Source of the DNA: Patescibacteria group bacterium | GTDB lineage: Bacteria; Patescibacteriota; Minisyncoccia; Phycocordibacterales; WO2-35-19 | DNA: 52,123 bases | Assembly (NCBI GenBank): GCA_038065655.1 | Contig: JBBTQO010000013.1 | Location: 1 to 52,123, forward strand | Direction of reading: 5' to 3' | Shown: one piece after another, positions 40,606 through 48,630 of the stretch | Layout of the letters: every line of letters begins with the position of its first letter | Numbering within the stretch: the stretch's first letter is position 1 | Notes under the pieces: model-generated | What the model saw: the letters and a program-made list of their open reading frames with translations, nothing else | Told to the model about the DNA's origin: nothing | The model's database searches: none | Translations under genes and position numbers: made by a program

Positions 40606-40870
40606 CTTCAGAAAATTTTAGTTCTTCTCTCTCCTCTATCTTCTCTTTTATTTCCCCCTTAAGATAAGGGGGATTAGGGGGGTTATTTTTTTTAGTTTTA
40701 ACTTTTGGTTTTGATTGCAGCTTTCTTAAAATGGCTGGACCAAAAGAAACAAGTAATAAAAATAAGCCAGAAAGAAAAACTAAAGCATCTCGCCAAACGA
40801 TTGGCACTCCAAGTAAAGGAATAATAACGAGCCAAACACCAAATGAAATATAGAAATTATTTTTATTCAT
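40556..40870 (-). CDS. Small two-TM membrane protein with a palindrome-derived tail
   Basis: GVWLVIIPLLGVP TM hairpin; TGcTAGTAT-N6-ATG. Confidence 0.7.
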   Translation of the reverse strand: MNKNNFYISFGVWLVIIPLLGVPIVWRDALVFLSGLFLLLVSFGPAILRKLQSKPKVKTKKNNPPNPPYLKGEIKEKIEEREELKFSEAPSPSQGEGVGGEVGI

Positions 40871-40905
40871 ATGAATATACTAGCACAAGAATCGCGAATC
40901 AAGAA

Positions 40906-40958
40906 AAAACCAAAGGGAACCCTTAAAGAATTTGCCCCAAAGGGTTCCCTTTGGTTTT
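40906..40958. repeat. Family B variant, 19-bp perfect inverted repeat
   Basis: AAAACCAAAGGGAACCCTT / AAGGGTTCCCTTTGGTTTT with GCCCCA in the loop. Confidence 0.85.
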
Positions 40959-40966
40959 AAAAGTGA

Positions 40967-40995
40967 AAGCCCCCGTCGCTTGCGCGCGGGGGCTT
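40967..40995 (-). terminator. Intrinsic terminator
   Basis: AAGCCCCCG/CGGGGGCTT stem followed by U-rich sequence on the minus strand. Confidence 0.75.
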
Positions 40996-41020
40996 GATTT
41001 GGACCGTTTGGTCCGAAGAA

Positions 41021-41962
41021 CTAGTTGACCGTCACAGTAGGGGCTTCAGTCATTTCCTGGAGCTGATCCAGCTTGTGGTCAACCGAAGACGGTGCCTTCA
41101 TGGCCGCAACCTTCTGGACCAGCCAATGGTCGGGTTCAATGAACCCCATCTGTTTCATCCGGTTAACTGCATGTTTGCAGTTGTCCAAAAGATTCTTTGC
41201 CTCCTTTCCAACCACACCGCATGCGTCAATGACGAATGCAACATGGAAGGGAGAGCTCTGGTTGGCCTCCCTTTCAATCCTGATGTCTTCAATGAGAGCC
41301 CACAAGCCGTCATCGGCCAAAAGCAGGTCCGCGACCCCTTCCTTGGGACATTGGGCAAGAAACGCCCCGCCATTTTTGCCGCCAAAGAAGAGATTCTTCT
41401 TGGCCTTAGCGACCAGGAGCTTCCAGTCGGAAACTTCCTGAATCGCCTTTTTCTGAAGAACGACTTCGAGAAGACCCCGGAGTTCGGCCCAGTACGAGCC
41501 AACCTGACGCCCCTCCATTTTGAGAAGTTGGCGGAACCTGGCTAAAGGGGTGTGGTCCTCAAGACCAATCCCTTTGGCCGCCCCATTCAACTTATCAGCG
41601 AAGTCGCTAGTTCCCGCCACTGCCGGCTGAACCCTGAGTGTCCGCGCTTGGGCCGTGGCCGCGACGAGCTTGGCCGGTGTAGGTCGCGCCACCATCGAAA
41701 CGGGCGCTTTCTGAACCACAACCACATTGGTGGCTGTGATCGGTTCAGCCTTCGCCTGAACAACATCGGCCTTGGTAGCCTTCTTGCTGTGCTTGGAGGC
41801 CAAGGCCCTTCTGGCGATCTCCTCCCAGAATTTCGGCTCATGACCGAGAATAGTAGAGAGGACCTTCCCCTTCTCTTCCTGAGAAGCGATGGGGTTGTCC
41901 CACACCGCGATCATCGAGCGGATACTTTCGATTTTCTCCGCAACCAGCTTCTTGATACTCAT
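41021..41962 (-). CDS. Hypothetical protein (GC-rich orphan)
   Basis: SD AAGGAG before ATG at 41962, own promoter and terminator; no recognisable motif. Confidence 0.75.
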   Translation of the reverse strand: MSIKKLVAEKIESIRSMIAVWDNPIASQEEKGKVLSTILGHEPKFWEEIARRALASKHSKKATKADVVQAKAEPITATNVVVVQKAPVSMVARPTPAKLVAATAQARTLRVQPAVAGTSDFADKLNGAAKGIGLEDHTPLARFRQLLKMEGRQVGSYWAELRGLLEVVLQKKAIQEVSDWKLLVAKAKKNLFFGGKNGGAFLAQCPKEGVADLLLADDGLWALIEDIRIEREANQSSPFHVAFVIDACGVVGKEAKNLLDNCKHAVNRMKQMGFIEPDHWLVQKVAAMKAPSSVDHKLDQLQEMTEAPTVTVN

Positions 41963-42046
41963 GTGAATCTCCTTGTGATTCGTTTCAAAGTTCGTAAACG
42001 CAACGCTTTTGTTTGCTTTCAAAAACACCGCAATTTCCTGTTGTAT

Positions 42047-42075
42047 AGTATATCAAACTCTGTATAAAAAGTCAA
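42047..42075 (-). promoter_or_regulatory. Near-consensus sigma70 promoter
   Basis: TTGACT-N17-TATACT. Confidence 0.8.
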
Positions 42076-42106
42076 GAGCCCACCTGCGCAACGCGCGGAT
42101 GGGCTC
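42076..42106 (-). terminator. Intrinsic terminator overlapping the stop of 42105-42791
   Basis: GAGCCCA...TGGGCTC stem followed by TTGACTTTTT. Confidence 0.65.
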
Positions 42107-42791
42107 ATTTGTAGCTCTGTTGAGCCGTTTTTCGTTTCTGACCAAACACCTTGCTAGCAAGGTATCTGGCCACCATCCGAGCGAATTCTCTCCTGTGTTC
42201 GTGGGTACCAATGTTTGTCGGCGTCAGAACAAAGTGATTTTCTGGACGACCATAAGCCGTGTAATTCCGAAAATCTGCTGGTAGGGGAAGAATCACTTTC
42301 TCTGCCAGAAGCATTTTGGCATCTTTTTTCCATCTTGCGAATCCGACCTTATACCTAAATAGATCGGACTGAAAATCTGAAATTGTATAGATAGTTTCCT
42401 CAAAACTATCAATCCAAGAATCTCTCAAGAATAAAAGTTCTTTCCAGTCAATATTGAACGCATCAACTGTGATTGGAAATGTTGGGATTGATGGAAGGAA
42501 GAAAACACCATCGGCGAAATGTCGCAGGTCAACTTTGGTATCGATCGCCGATAAAAAGACTAATCCCTTAGGATTTACACCAATCAGACTTAACCACTTC
42601 TCAACCAACAAAAACAGAGATCTCCCAATTGGGGTATCAGGATGTCTATCAAATCCTTCCATAATTAGACGCTTCACGTCTTTGTCAAAATCAGGCCTTT
42701 GGCCCCAAAATTTTGCAATCAGTTCTTCACCACTAGAGTGGCGACCGAAGATTGCATCTTCGAGGTCATGACCACTCCGATATGTTTTCAT
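42105..42791 (-). CDS. Hypothetical protein
   Basis: SD AAGGAG and own promoter; acidic/His motif SAIDTKVDLRHFADGVF...TVD. Confidence 0.75.
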   Translation of the reverse strand: MKTYRSGHDLEDAIFGRHSSGEELIAKFWGQRPDFDKDVKRLIMEGFDRHPDTPIGRSLFLLVEKWLSLIGVNPKGLVFLSAIDTKVDLRHFADGVFFLPSIPTFPITVDAFNIDWKELLFLRDSWIDSFEETIYTISDFQSDLFRYKVGFARWKKDAKMLLAEKVILPLPADFRNYTAYGRPENHFVLTPTNIGTHEHRREFARMVARYLASKVFGQKRKTAQQSYK

Positions 42792-42809
42792 ATGTACTCT
42801 CCTTTTTAT

Positions 42810-42838
42810 AGAGTACCAAATGTATGTTTAGAAGTCAA
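42810..42838 (-). promoter_or_regulatory. Sigma70-type promoter
   Basis: TTGACT-N17-TACTCT with TG extension. Confidence 0.6.
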
Positions 42839-42841
42839 GAG

Positions 42842-42886
42842 AACCAAGGGTAACCCTTAGAAAATTTTCAAGGGTTACCCTTGGTT
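42842..42886. repeat. Family B variant, 17-bp perfect inverted repeat; supplies the secF stop
   Basis: AACCAAGGGTAACCCTT / AAGGGTTACCCTTGGTT; secF ends ...AAC CAA GGG TAA inside the right arm. Confidence 0.85.
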
Positions 42887-43780
42887 ATTTTTCCAGTTAT
42901 TTATAGTCACCAAAAGAGTTGAACCAATAAATATTGATGAATACGTCCCGATGAAAATACCTATGAGGAGGGCGAGTGTAAAATTCTTGATTGTCTCCGG
43001 CCCAAATATATAAAGTACAAAAACTGCGAGCAAAACTGTTAGGGATGTGTTGATGGAACGGACAAATGTTTCGTTGATACTCTCCCCCACTATTGTCATA
43101 AAATCTTTTTTACTACCATAATCCTCATTTTTGTGCAAATTTTCCCTAACTCTATCAAAAACAACAATAGTATCGTGAACGGAAAATCCGAGTATGACCA
43201 GAAGCGCAGTTACAAACAAAGTGTCAACCTCAAATCCATAAAAATGCCCGAGGATGGCAAAGATGCCAGTCGGCACCAAAACATCATGGAGCAAAGCCAA
43301 GACTGTGACAATACCATAAACCCAAGATGATATTGGCCGCGAAACCTTTCTGAAAGCAAAAGCGATAAACAAAACAATTGCTAATAAAACTAAAAATATA
43401 GACACCAAAGATTTTTGCAAAGCTTCTTTACCCAAAACTGGCCCAATGGTGCTAAATGTTTTTTCTGTCGGAGTGTACTCTCCACCCAAAGAAAGCCCCC
43501 CAATTATAGAATCTTTTTCAGTTTGTGATATTTCTTTTAATCTGATTATATAGCCCTCGCCAGAAGATCTAATAGAGGCGTCTTTAAAATTTAAATCATT
43601 TAAAACTTTGCCTACTTCTTCACTGGTTGGTTTGCTACCAACAAAAGAAACATCAAGTAAACTACCGCCCGTAAAATCAATACTTGGGTTTAAGCCCCAA
43701 AAAAATATTGAAAAAATGGAAGCCAAAATCAAAACGGCCGAGAAAGTATAAAATATTTTTCTGTATTTGACTATAAACAT
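42875..43780 (-). CDS. secF: Protein translocase subunit SecF
   Basis: IDFTGG, IGP.LG.E, HD, GFSVHDTIVVFDRVRE, RSINTS, GTYSSIF. Confidence 0.96.
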   Translation of the reverse strand: MFIVKYRKIFYTFSAVLILASIFSIFFWGLNPSIDFTGGSLLDVSFVGSKPTSEEVGKVLNDLNFKDASIRSSGEGYIIRLKEISQTEKDSIIGGLSLGGEYTPTEKTFSTIGPVLGKEALQKSLVSIFLVLLAIVLFIAFAFRKVSRPISSWVYGIVTVLALLHDVLVPTGIFAILGHFYGFEVDTLFVTALLVILGFSVHDTIVVFDRVRENLHKNEDYGSKKDFMTIVGESINETFVRSINTSLTVLLAVFVLYIFGPETIKNFTLALLIGIFIGTYSSIFIGSTLLVTINNWKNNQG

Positions 43781-43782
43781 AT

Positions 43783-45078
43783 CTATTCTTTTTCAGAACT
43801 TAAAGCGAATAATATAGTACGGGAAGCGGTAATGGCAGAAAACATTGAAACCAACACGCCGATTAAGAACACTAGTGCGAAACCTTTGATAACCGGGGTG
43901 GAGGCAAAGTAATACAAAATAACAGCGGTTATAATACTGGATGAATTGGAATCACGAATAGAGCTCCAGGCTCGGTGGAAACCTTCCTTCAGAGCATCAT
44001 ATTTATTTTTACCTCTCTTTAATTCCTCCTTAGTTCTCTCAAAAATCAAAATGTTGGCATCTACAGCCATACCAATGGAAAGAATAAAACCAGCGATGCC
44101 AGTAGCAGTAAGTGTAACCGGTATGAGTTTAAATAAAACCAAATTTATAATTGTATAAATAGCCAAGGCCAAAACCGCTACCAATCCTTGGAAACGGTAC
44201 CAACCAATCAAGAAAAGAGCGACTACAATAAAGGCGTAAATTCCTGCTTTAACGCTATCATTAACGGCTTTATCTCCCAAAGTAGCACCAATAGTTTCAG
44301 TACTGACCAAATTAATAGGCATTGGCAAAGCGCCATAATTTAGATCACGCACTACTTGTTTGGCTTGTTCTGGTGTAAAATCACCTGTGATAACCGCTTC
44401 TCCGCCACTTATTTCTTCTCTGATGTAAGGCGCTTCTACTAAATTTCCATCCAAGAAAATGCCCAGCACACTACCAACATTTTCCCGAGTAATTTTAGCG
44501 AAAAGTTGCGAACCTTCCTCATTAAATTTCAAACCAATGATAGGTTTGTTAGCAAAATTTTGGTCAAACTGAATACTGGCTTTTTGAAGCATTCTACCAG
44601 TGAGTCCGGTTTCCAAAAACATTCCTGAGGAATCCGTTACATCGGTGGTAGCTTCGCCGGTTTTTACTTTTACTTTTCCTTCTTTAGATAAAAGTTTGAA
44701 TTCCAAAATGGGGGTTTCGCCTATTTTTTTTATTGCCTCATTTACATCTGTCACTCCAGGTAATTCAACAATCAATCGCTGTTCTGTACTGTCACCACCA
44801 AAAACACCACCTTGTTCAACTTGTATAATTGGTTCTGATACCCCAAAAAGATTTATACGTCTTTCTATGATATCTCGTAATGATTGCATTGCTGAAGAAA
44901 TATCTCCGCTTTGAATCTGAGAAATATCAGCTTTGTAAACCAAATGAGTGCCACCTGAGAGGTCAAGTCCCAATTTGAATTTGCGCACAGAATCAGCCTT
45001 TTGGGTGTTCCAGACAAAAAAACCAAAGGCTATCGCCATTGCTACAATTATAATTGCCCAGAACCTGTATTTGGCCAT
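43783..45078 (-). CDS. secD: Protein translocase subunit SecD
   Basis: LGLDLSGG, IERRIN.FGVSEP, VELPG, GMAVDANILIFER, GFA. Confidence 0.96.
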   Translation of the reverse strand: MAKYRFWAIIIVAMAIAFGFFVWNTQKADSVRKFKLGLDLSGGTHLVYKADISQIQSGDISSAMQSLRDIIERRINLFGVSEPIIQVEQGGVFGGDSTEQRLIVELPGVTDVNEAIKKIGETPILEFKLLSKEGKVKVKTGEATTDVTDSSGMFLETGLTGRMLQKASIQFDQNFANKPIIGLKFNEEGSQLFAKITRENVGSVLGIFLDGNLVEAPYIREEISGGEAVITGDFTPEQAKQVVRDLNYGALPMPINLVSTETIGATLGDKAVNDSVKAGIYAFIVVALFLIGWYRFQGLVAVLALAIYTIINLVLFKLIPVTLTATGIAGFILSIGMAVDANILIFERTKEELKRGKNKYDALKEGFHRAWSSIRDSNSSSIITAVILYYFASTPVIKGFALVFLIGVLVSMFSAITASRTILFALSSEKE

Positions 45079-45116
45079 ATTAGCTATAGGATATATGAAG
45101 TTAACCAAAAAAACAA

Positions 45117-46454
45117 CTAAACCCCATTTCTCGACAAAAGGGCTTTGATAGTTTTAAGAGCGATTTTGAGGTCGAGCATAAAAGAACGATTTTTGATGTA
45201 ATAAAGGTCATAAGAAAGTTTGCGACGAGTCTTTTCACTATCAGCATTTACTTTTGGGGGGTCATTATGATAAAGCTGGGCCCAACCCGAAAGCCCCGGT
45301 TTTATTAAATGACGAATATTATAATATGGTATTTTTTCTTCATAATGTTTAACTAATGTTGGAATTTCTGGGCGAGGGCCAATCATTGACATATCACCTT
45401 TAAAAACGCTCCACAGTTGAGGCAACTCATCTATTCTTAATTTTCTTAGCCATTTCCCTATCTTGGTTATTTTTTTACTAGACATGTCAGCGGAAATATC
45501 TTCCATCGTTCTAAACTTTTTTACTTTTATTATTTTATTATTCTTGCCAATTCGCTCTTGTTCAAAAAAGATGCTACCCCCATCATCTAATTTTATTAAA
45601 ACGTAGGCAAAAGGATAAAAAATTAAAGAAACTATCCCAACAACAAAAGATAACATTATATCGGTTATTCTTTTAATAACATCATAAGTAATCCTACTTT
45701 CAGTAGAAATATTTTCCAAAAACCAATTATAACGAACTAAAGAAAGAGGAATACGGTCAAAAAGATCCTCATAAATCTTATACATATCTATAAATTTCAC
45801 TCGTGAAAAAATAAGATTGTAGAGATGGGGCAAGATTGGTTCCACTTTTTCACTTTTTAGATCAATGGCGATAATCTGCACTTCTTCAGAATAAACCCGG
45901 GAAAGTATTTCGTCTTGAAAATTCATTCCAGCAATGCGATTAAGATCTACCGAGGAGATAAATTCCAATCCGTATCTGGGATTATGATTCACTTCTTCTA
46001 AAAGTTCTTTCATTTCTTCCCCGCTGCCGACAATAATACCTTTTTGTTTTGAGAGCGGATGTAAAAACCGATCACCATATATTCTCCAAAGAAGAATGAG
46101 GCCAAAAGAAATTACTAAATAAATAAAAAGGTTGGTTTTGGGAGTAATGCCAAAATAAGAAATAAAATAAAAAAATAAAACGGCAATAAAACTATTAGCA
46201 ATTTGGGTATTAAAAACAGTAGAGGGTAAGCGACTTTTTAAAATTAAGGTGTGTTTTTCGTAAAGTCCCGAAATAAAAAAGACCAAAACCCAAACACCAA
46301 TAATTATGGTAAACGGCCAAAAGTGCAGATCCCAATAATCACTTGAAGGGATTCCCCATTCTCGGAGAGCTAGGGCAGACCAAAGAGAAAGATACAGGAG
46401 CGCAATATCGCCTAAAAACAAAGCCAAAGTTTCCTTTTTACCAGATATAGTCAT
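45117..46454 (-). CDS. Polyprenyl-phosphate glycosylphosphotransferase (WcaJ/WbaP family)
   Basis: IKR..DI, KFRTM, RKLRIDELPQL, GPRPE, KPGLSGWAQ, YDLYY. Confidence 0.92.
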   Translation of the reverse strand: MTISGKKETLALFLGDIALLYLSLWSALALREWGIPSSDYWDLHFWPFTIIIGVWVLVFFISGLYEKHTLILKSRLPSTVFNTQIANSFIAVLFFYFISYFGITPKTNLFIYLVISFGLILLWRIYGDRFLHPLSKQKGIIVGSGEEMKELLEEVNHNPRYGLEFISSVDLNRIAGMNFQDEILSRVYSEEVQIIAIDLKSEKVEPILPHLYNLIFSRVKFIDMYKIYEDLFDRIPLSLVRYNWFLENISTESRITYDVIKRITDIMLSFVVGIVSLIFYPFAYVLIKLDDGGSIFFEQERIGKNNKIIKVKKFRTMEDISADMSSKKITKIGKWLRKLRIDELPQLWSVFKGDMSMIGPRPEIPTLVKHYEEKIPYYNIRHLIKPGLSGWAQLYHNDPPKVNADSEKTRRKLSYDLYYIKNRSFMLDLKIALKTIKALLSRNGV

Positions 46455-46517
46455 ATTAAACTAAGATGATACAACAACTGGTAATTTATATCAATTTATG
46501 CAAGAATTTTATATCGT

Positions 46518-47702
46518 ATGCAGGAAAAGAAAAAAATTTTATATGTCATAACCAAAGGCAATTTTGGCGGAGCCCAGAGATATGTTTATGATTTGGCTAC
46601 TTCCCTGCCCAAAGACAAATTTGAGACAGTAGTGGCTTGTGGAATAAAAGAAGGGAGAATTTTAATAGAAAAATTAAAAGAAAAAGAAATAAAAACGATA
46701 GAACTTGAAAGCTCAGAAAGAGAAATAAATCTAAAAAAAGATTTTAAAACTTTTAAGGAATTAATAAAAATAATAAAAAATGAAAAACCAAATATTGTCC
46801 ATCTCAACTCTTCTAAAATCGGCCTTATCGGATCTCTCGCAATTTTGTATTTTGGAATTTTAAATTCTTTTTCTTTCATAACTCGTACCTCGGACCTCGG
46901 ACCTCGTTGTATTTTCACCTCTCATGGCTGGGCATTTAATGAACCGAGCCGCTCGGCTTTTTCGAAAATAATCTTTTATTTAGGCCATTATTTGACAATA
47001 CTTTTTTGCGATATTACTATCGCTGTATCAGAAAAAGCCAAAAAAGATGTTTCTTGGTTTCCCTTTGTACAAAATAAAATAAAAGTGATTTACAACGGTA
47101 TTGCAATTTTTGATTTACTACTAAAAGAAGAATCGAGATTAATTTTAGCCAGTAAAGATTCAAAAAAAATAATTATTTTTTCTATTTCAGAACTTCATAA
47201 AAATAAAGGGGTTGATGTTGCTTTAAAAGCATTGTCTCTTTTACCAGAAGAAACAAAGGAAAAAATAATTTACTGTGTGGCTTCTCCCGGCGAAGAAAGA
47301 GAAAATCTGGAAAGATTAGCTGAGGAATTAAATATTAGTAACATCATAAGATTTTTGGGTTTTATACCAGATGCTAAAAAACTTCTCTCTGGAGCTGATA
47401 TTTTCCTGCTTCCCTCTCGCACCGAAGCCTTTCCGTATTCTATTCTAGAAGCCGGTGTGGCGGGACTTCCTGTTATAGCGACGAATGTAGGCGGCGTACC
47501 CGAAGTTATACACGATATGCAAAACGGAATTTTAGTTCATCCTCAAAATCCAAAAGAAACAGCCGAGGCTATTTTATATCTTTTAGACCATAAAGAAAAA
47601 CAAAAAGAATTTGGCGAAGAAATTAAAAAGACTATCACGAACTTCTTTTCATTAGAGAAGATGTTGGGTGAGACGATAAATTTGTATAATAAATTGACCT
47701 AA
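46518..47702 (+). CDS. GT4 glycosyltransferase
   Basis: GGAQRYV, FTSHGW, ELHKNKG, PSRTEAFPY.ILEA. Confidence 0.88.
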   Translation: MQEKKKILYVITKGNFGGAQRYVYDLATSLPKDKFETVVACGIKEGRILIEKLKEKEIKTIELESSEREINLKKDFKTFKELIKIIKNEKPNIVHLNSSKIGLIGSLAILYFGILNSFSFITRTSDLGPRCIFTSHGWAFNEPSRSAFSKIIFYLGHYLTILFCDITIAVSEKAKKDVSWFPFVQNKIKVIYNGIAIFDLLLKEESRLILASKDSKKIIIFSISELHKNKGVDVALKALSLLPEETKEKIIYCVASPGEERENLERLAEELNISNIIRFLGFIPDAKKLLSGADIFLLPSRTEAFPYSILEAGVAGLPVIATNVGGVPEVIHDMQNGILVHPQNPKETAEAILYLLDHKEKQKEFGEEIKKTITNFFSLEKMLGETINLYNKLT

Positions 47703-47729
47703 TTGTTCTAATTATTCTAAGTACCCTAA
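47701..47729 (+). repeat. 9-mer tandem array, left
   Basis: AATTGTTCT AATTATTCT AAGTACCCT. Confidence 0.75.
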
Positions 47730-47732
47730 AAA

Positions 47733-48101
47733 ATGATTAACGAAGAAAATCCCAAAAAGAAAATCTATGATTTGGAAGAGAGAACTGCTAAGTTTGGAGA
47801 AGAAGCCATTAAGTTTTGTAGAAGTTTGCCCAAGAGTGAGCTGACAAGAAGAATAATAGATCAATTAGTTGGTTGTTCAACTTCAGTCGGAGCAAATTAT
47901 TGCGAAGCTGATGATGCTGAAAGCCCAAAAGATTTTAGGCACAAAATCGGCATTTGCAAAAAAGAATCTCGCGAATCAAAACACTTTTTGCGAATGTCTG
48001 CTGTCGCTGTTCCCGAAAAAGCAGACGACGCCAGAAAATTGTGGATTGAAGCAAAAGAATTAAATCTGATATTCAATTCAATTTACAAAAAGGTAAAATA
48101 G
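47733..48101 (+). CDS. Four-helix-bundle protein (23S rRNA IVS protein-like, TIGR02436 type)
   Basis: YDLEERT, QL...STSVGANYCEA, DF.HKI.IC.KE..E, EA.EL..IF. Confidence 0.9.
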   Translation: MINEENPKKKIYDLEERTAKFGEEAIKFCRSLPKSELTRRIIDQLVGCSTSVGANYCEADDAESPKDFRHKIGICKKESRESKHFLRMSAVAVPEKADDARKLWIEAKELNLIFNSIYKKVK

Positions 48102-48102
48102 A

Positions 48103-48570
48103 ATGAGATTATCTACTAAACAAAAAATAATAAAATTTTTGACTCCTATATTGTTACCAATTGTTAAATTGTATTGGAAAACTTTCAAACCAGAAACCTT
48201 TGGTGTTAAAGTTATTATAGAAAATGATGGAAAATTTCTATATGTAAGAAATGATTACGGACACAGAAGTATAACTTTTCCGGGTGGCAGCATAGAAAAA
48301 GGAGAAAATGCAGAACAAGCTGCAATTAGAGAAGTTAAAGAAGAAGTTGGAATTATACTGACCAATATAAAAATAGTGGGGTCATTTACTTCTACAGAAG
48401 AAGGTAAAAAAGACAATATCACGATATTTTATGGGCAGAGTAATACAGGTAATTTTATTTTGGATCACTTTGAAATTGCTGAGGCTGCTTGGTTTACTAA
48501 GGATAATTTACCAAAATTTAGCAACTTGTCCAAAAAAATTTGGGACATTTTTGTTGAATGTAATTTTTAA
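48103..48570 (+). CDS. NUDIX hydrolase
   Basis: GGSIEKGENAEQAAIREVKEEVG Nudix box. Confidence 0.92.
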   Translation: MRLSTKQKIIKFLTPILLPIVKLYWKTFKPETFGVKVIIENDGKFLYVRNDYGHRSITFPGGSIEKGENAEQAAIREVKEEVGIILTNIKIVGSFTSTEEGKKDNITIFYGQSNTGNFILDHFEIAEAAWFTKDNLPKFSNLSKKIWDIFVECNF

Positions 48571-48591
48571 ACCGGAAATTGGGATTTGTTT

Positions 48592-48627
48592 AGAATAATT
48601 AGGGTAATTAGAACAATTAGAATAATT
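48592..48627 (-). repeat. 9-mer tandem array, right (inverted relative to the left)
   Basis: Minus strand AATTATTCT AATTGTTCT AATTACCCT AATTATTCT. Confidence 0.75.
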
Positions 48628-48630
48628 TCC

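Noticed and set aside
40994-42067. Long plus-strand ORFs (183, 122, 115, 171 aa)
   Set aside because: They are antisense shadows of a GC-rich gene whose promoter, SD and terminator are all on the minus strand.
40906-42886. Classical integron
   Set aside because: There is no integrase and no clear attC R/L box structure, and the genes carry their own promoters.
47701-48627. CRISPR array or DGR
   Set aside because: Units are 9 nt with no spacers. There are no cas genes, no reverse transcriptase and no TR/VR pair in the window.
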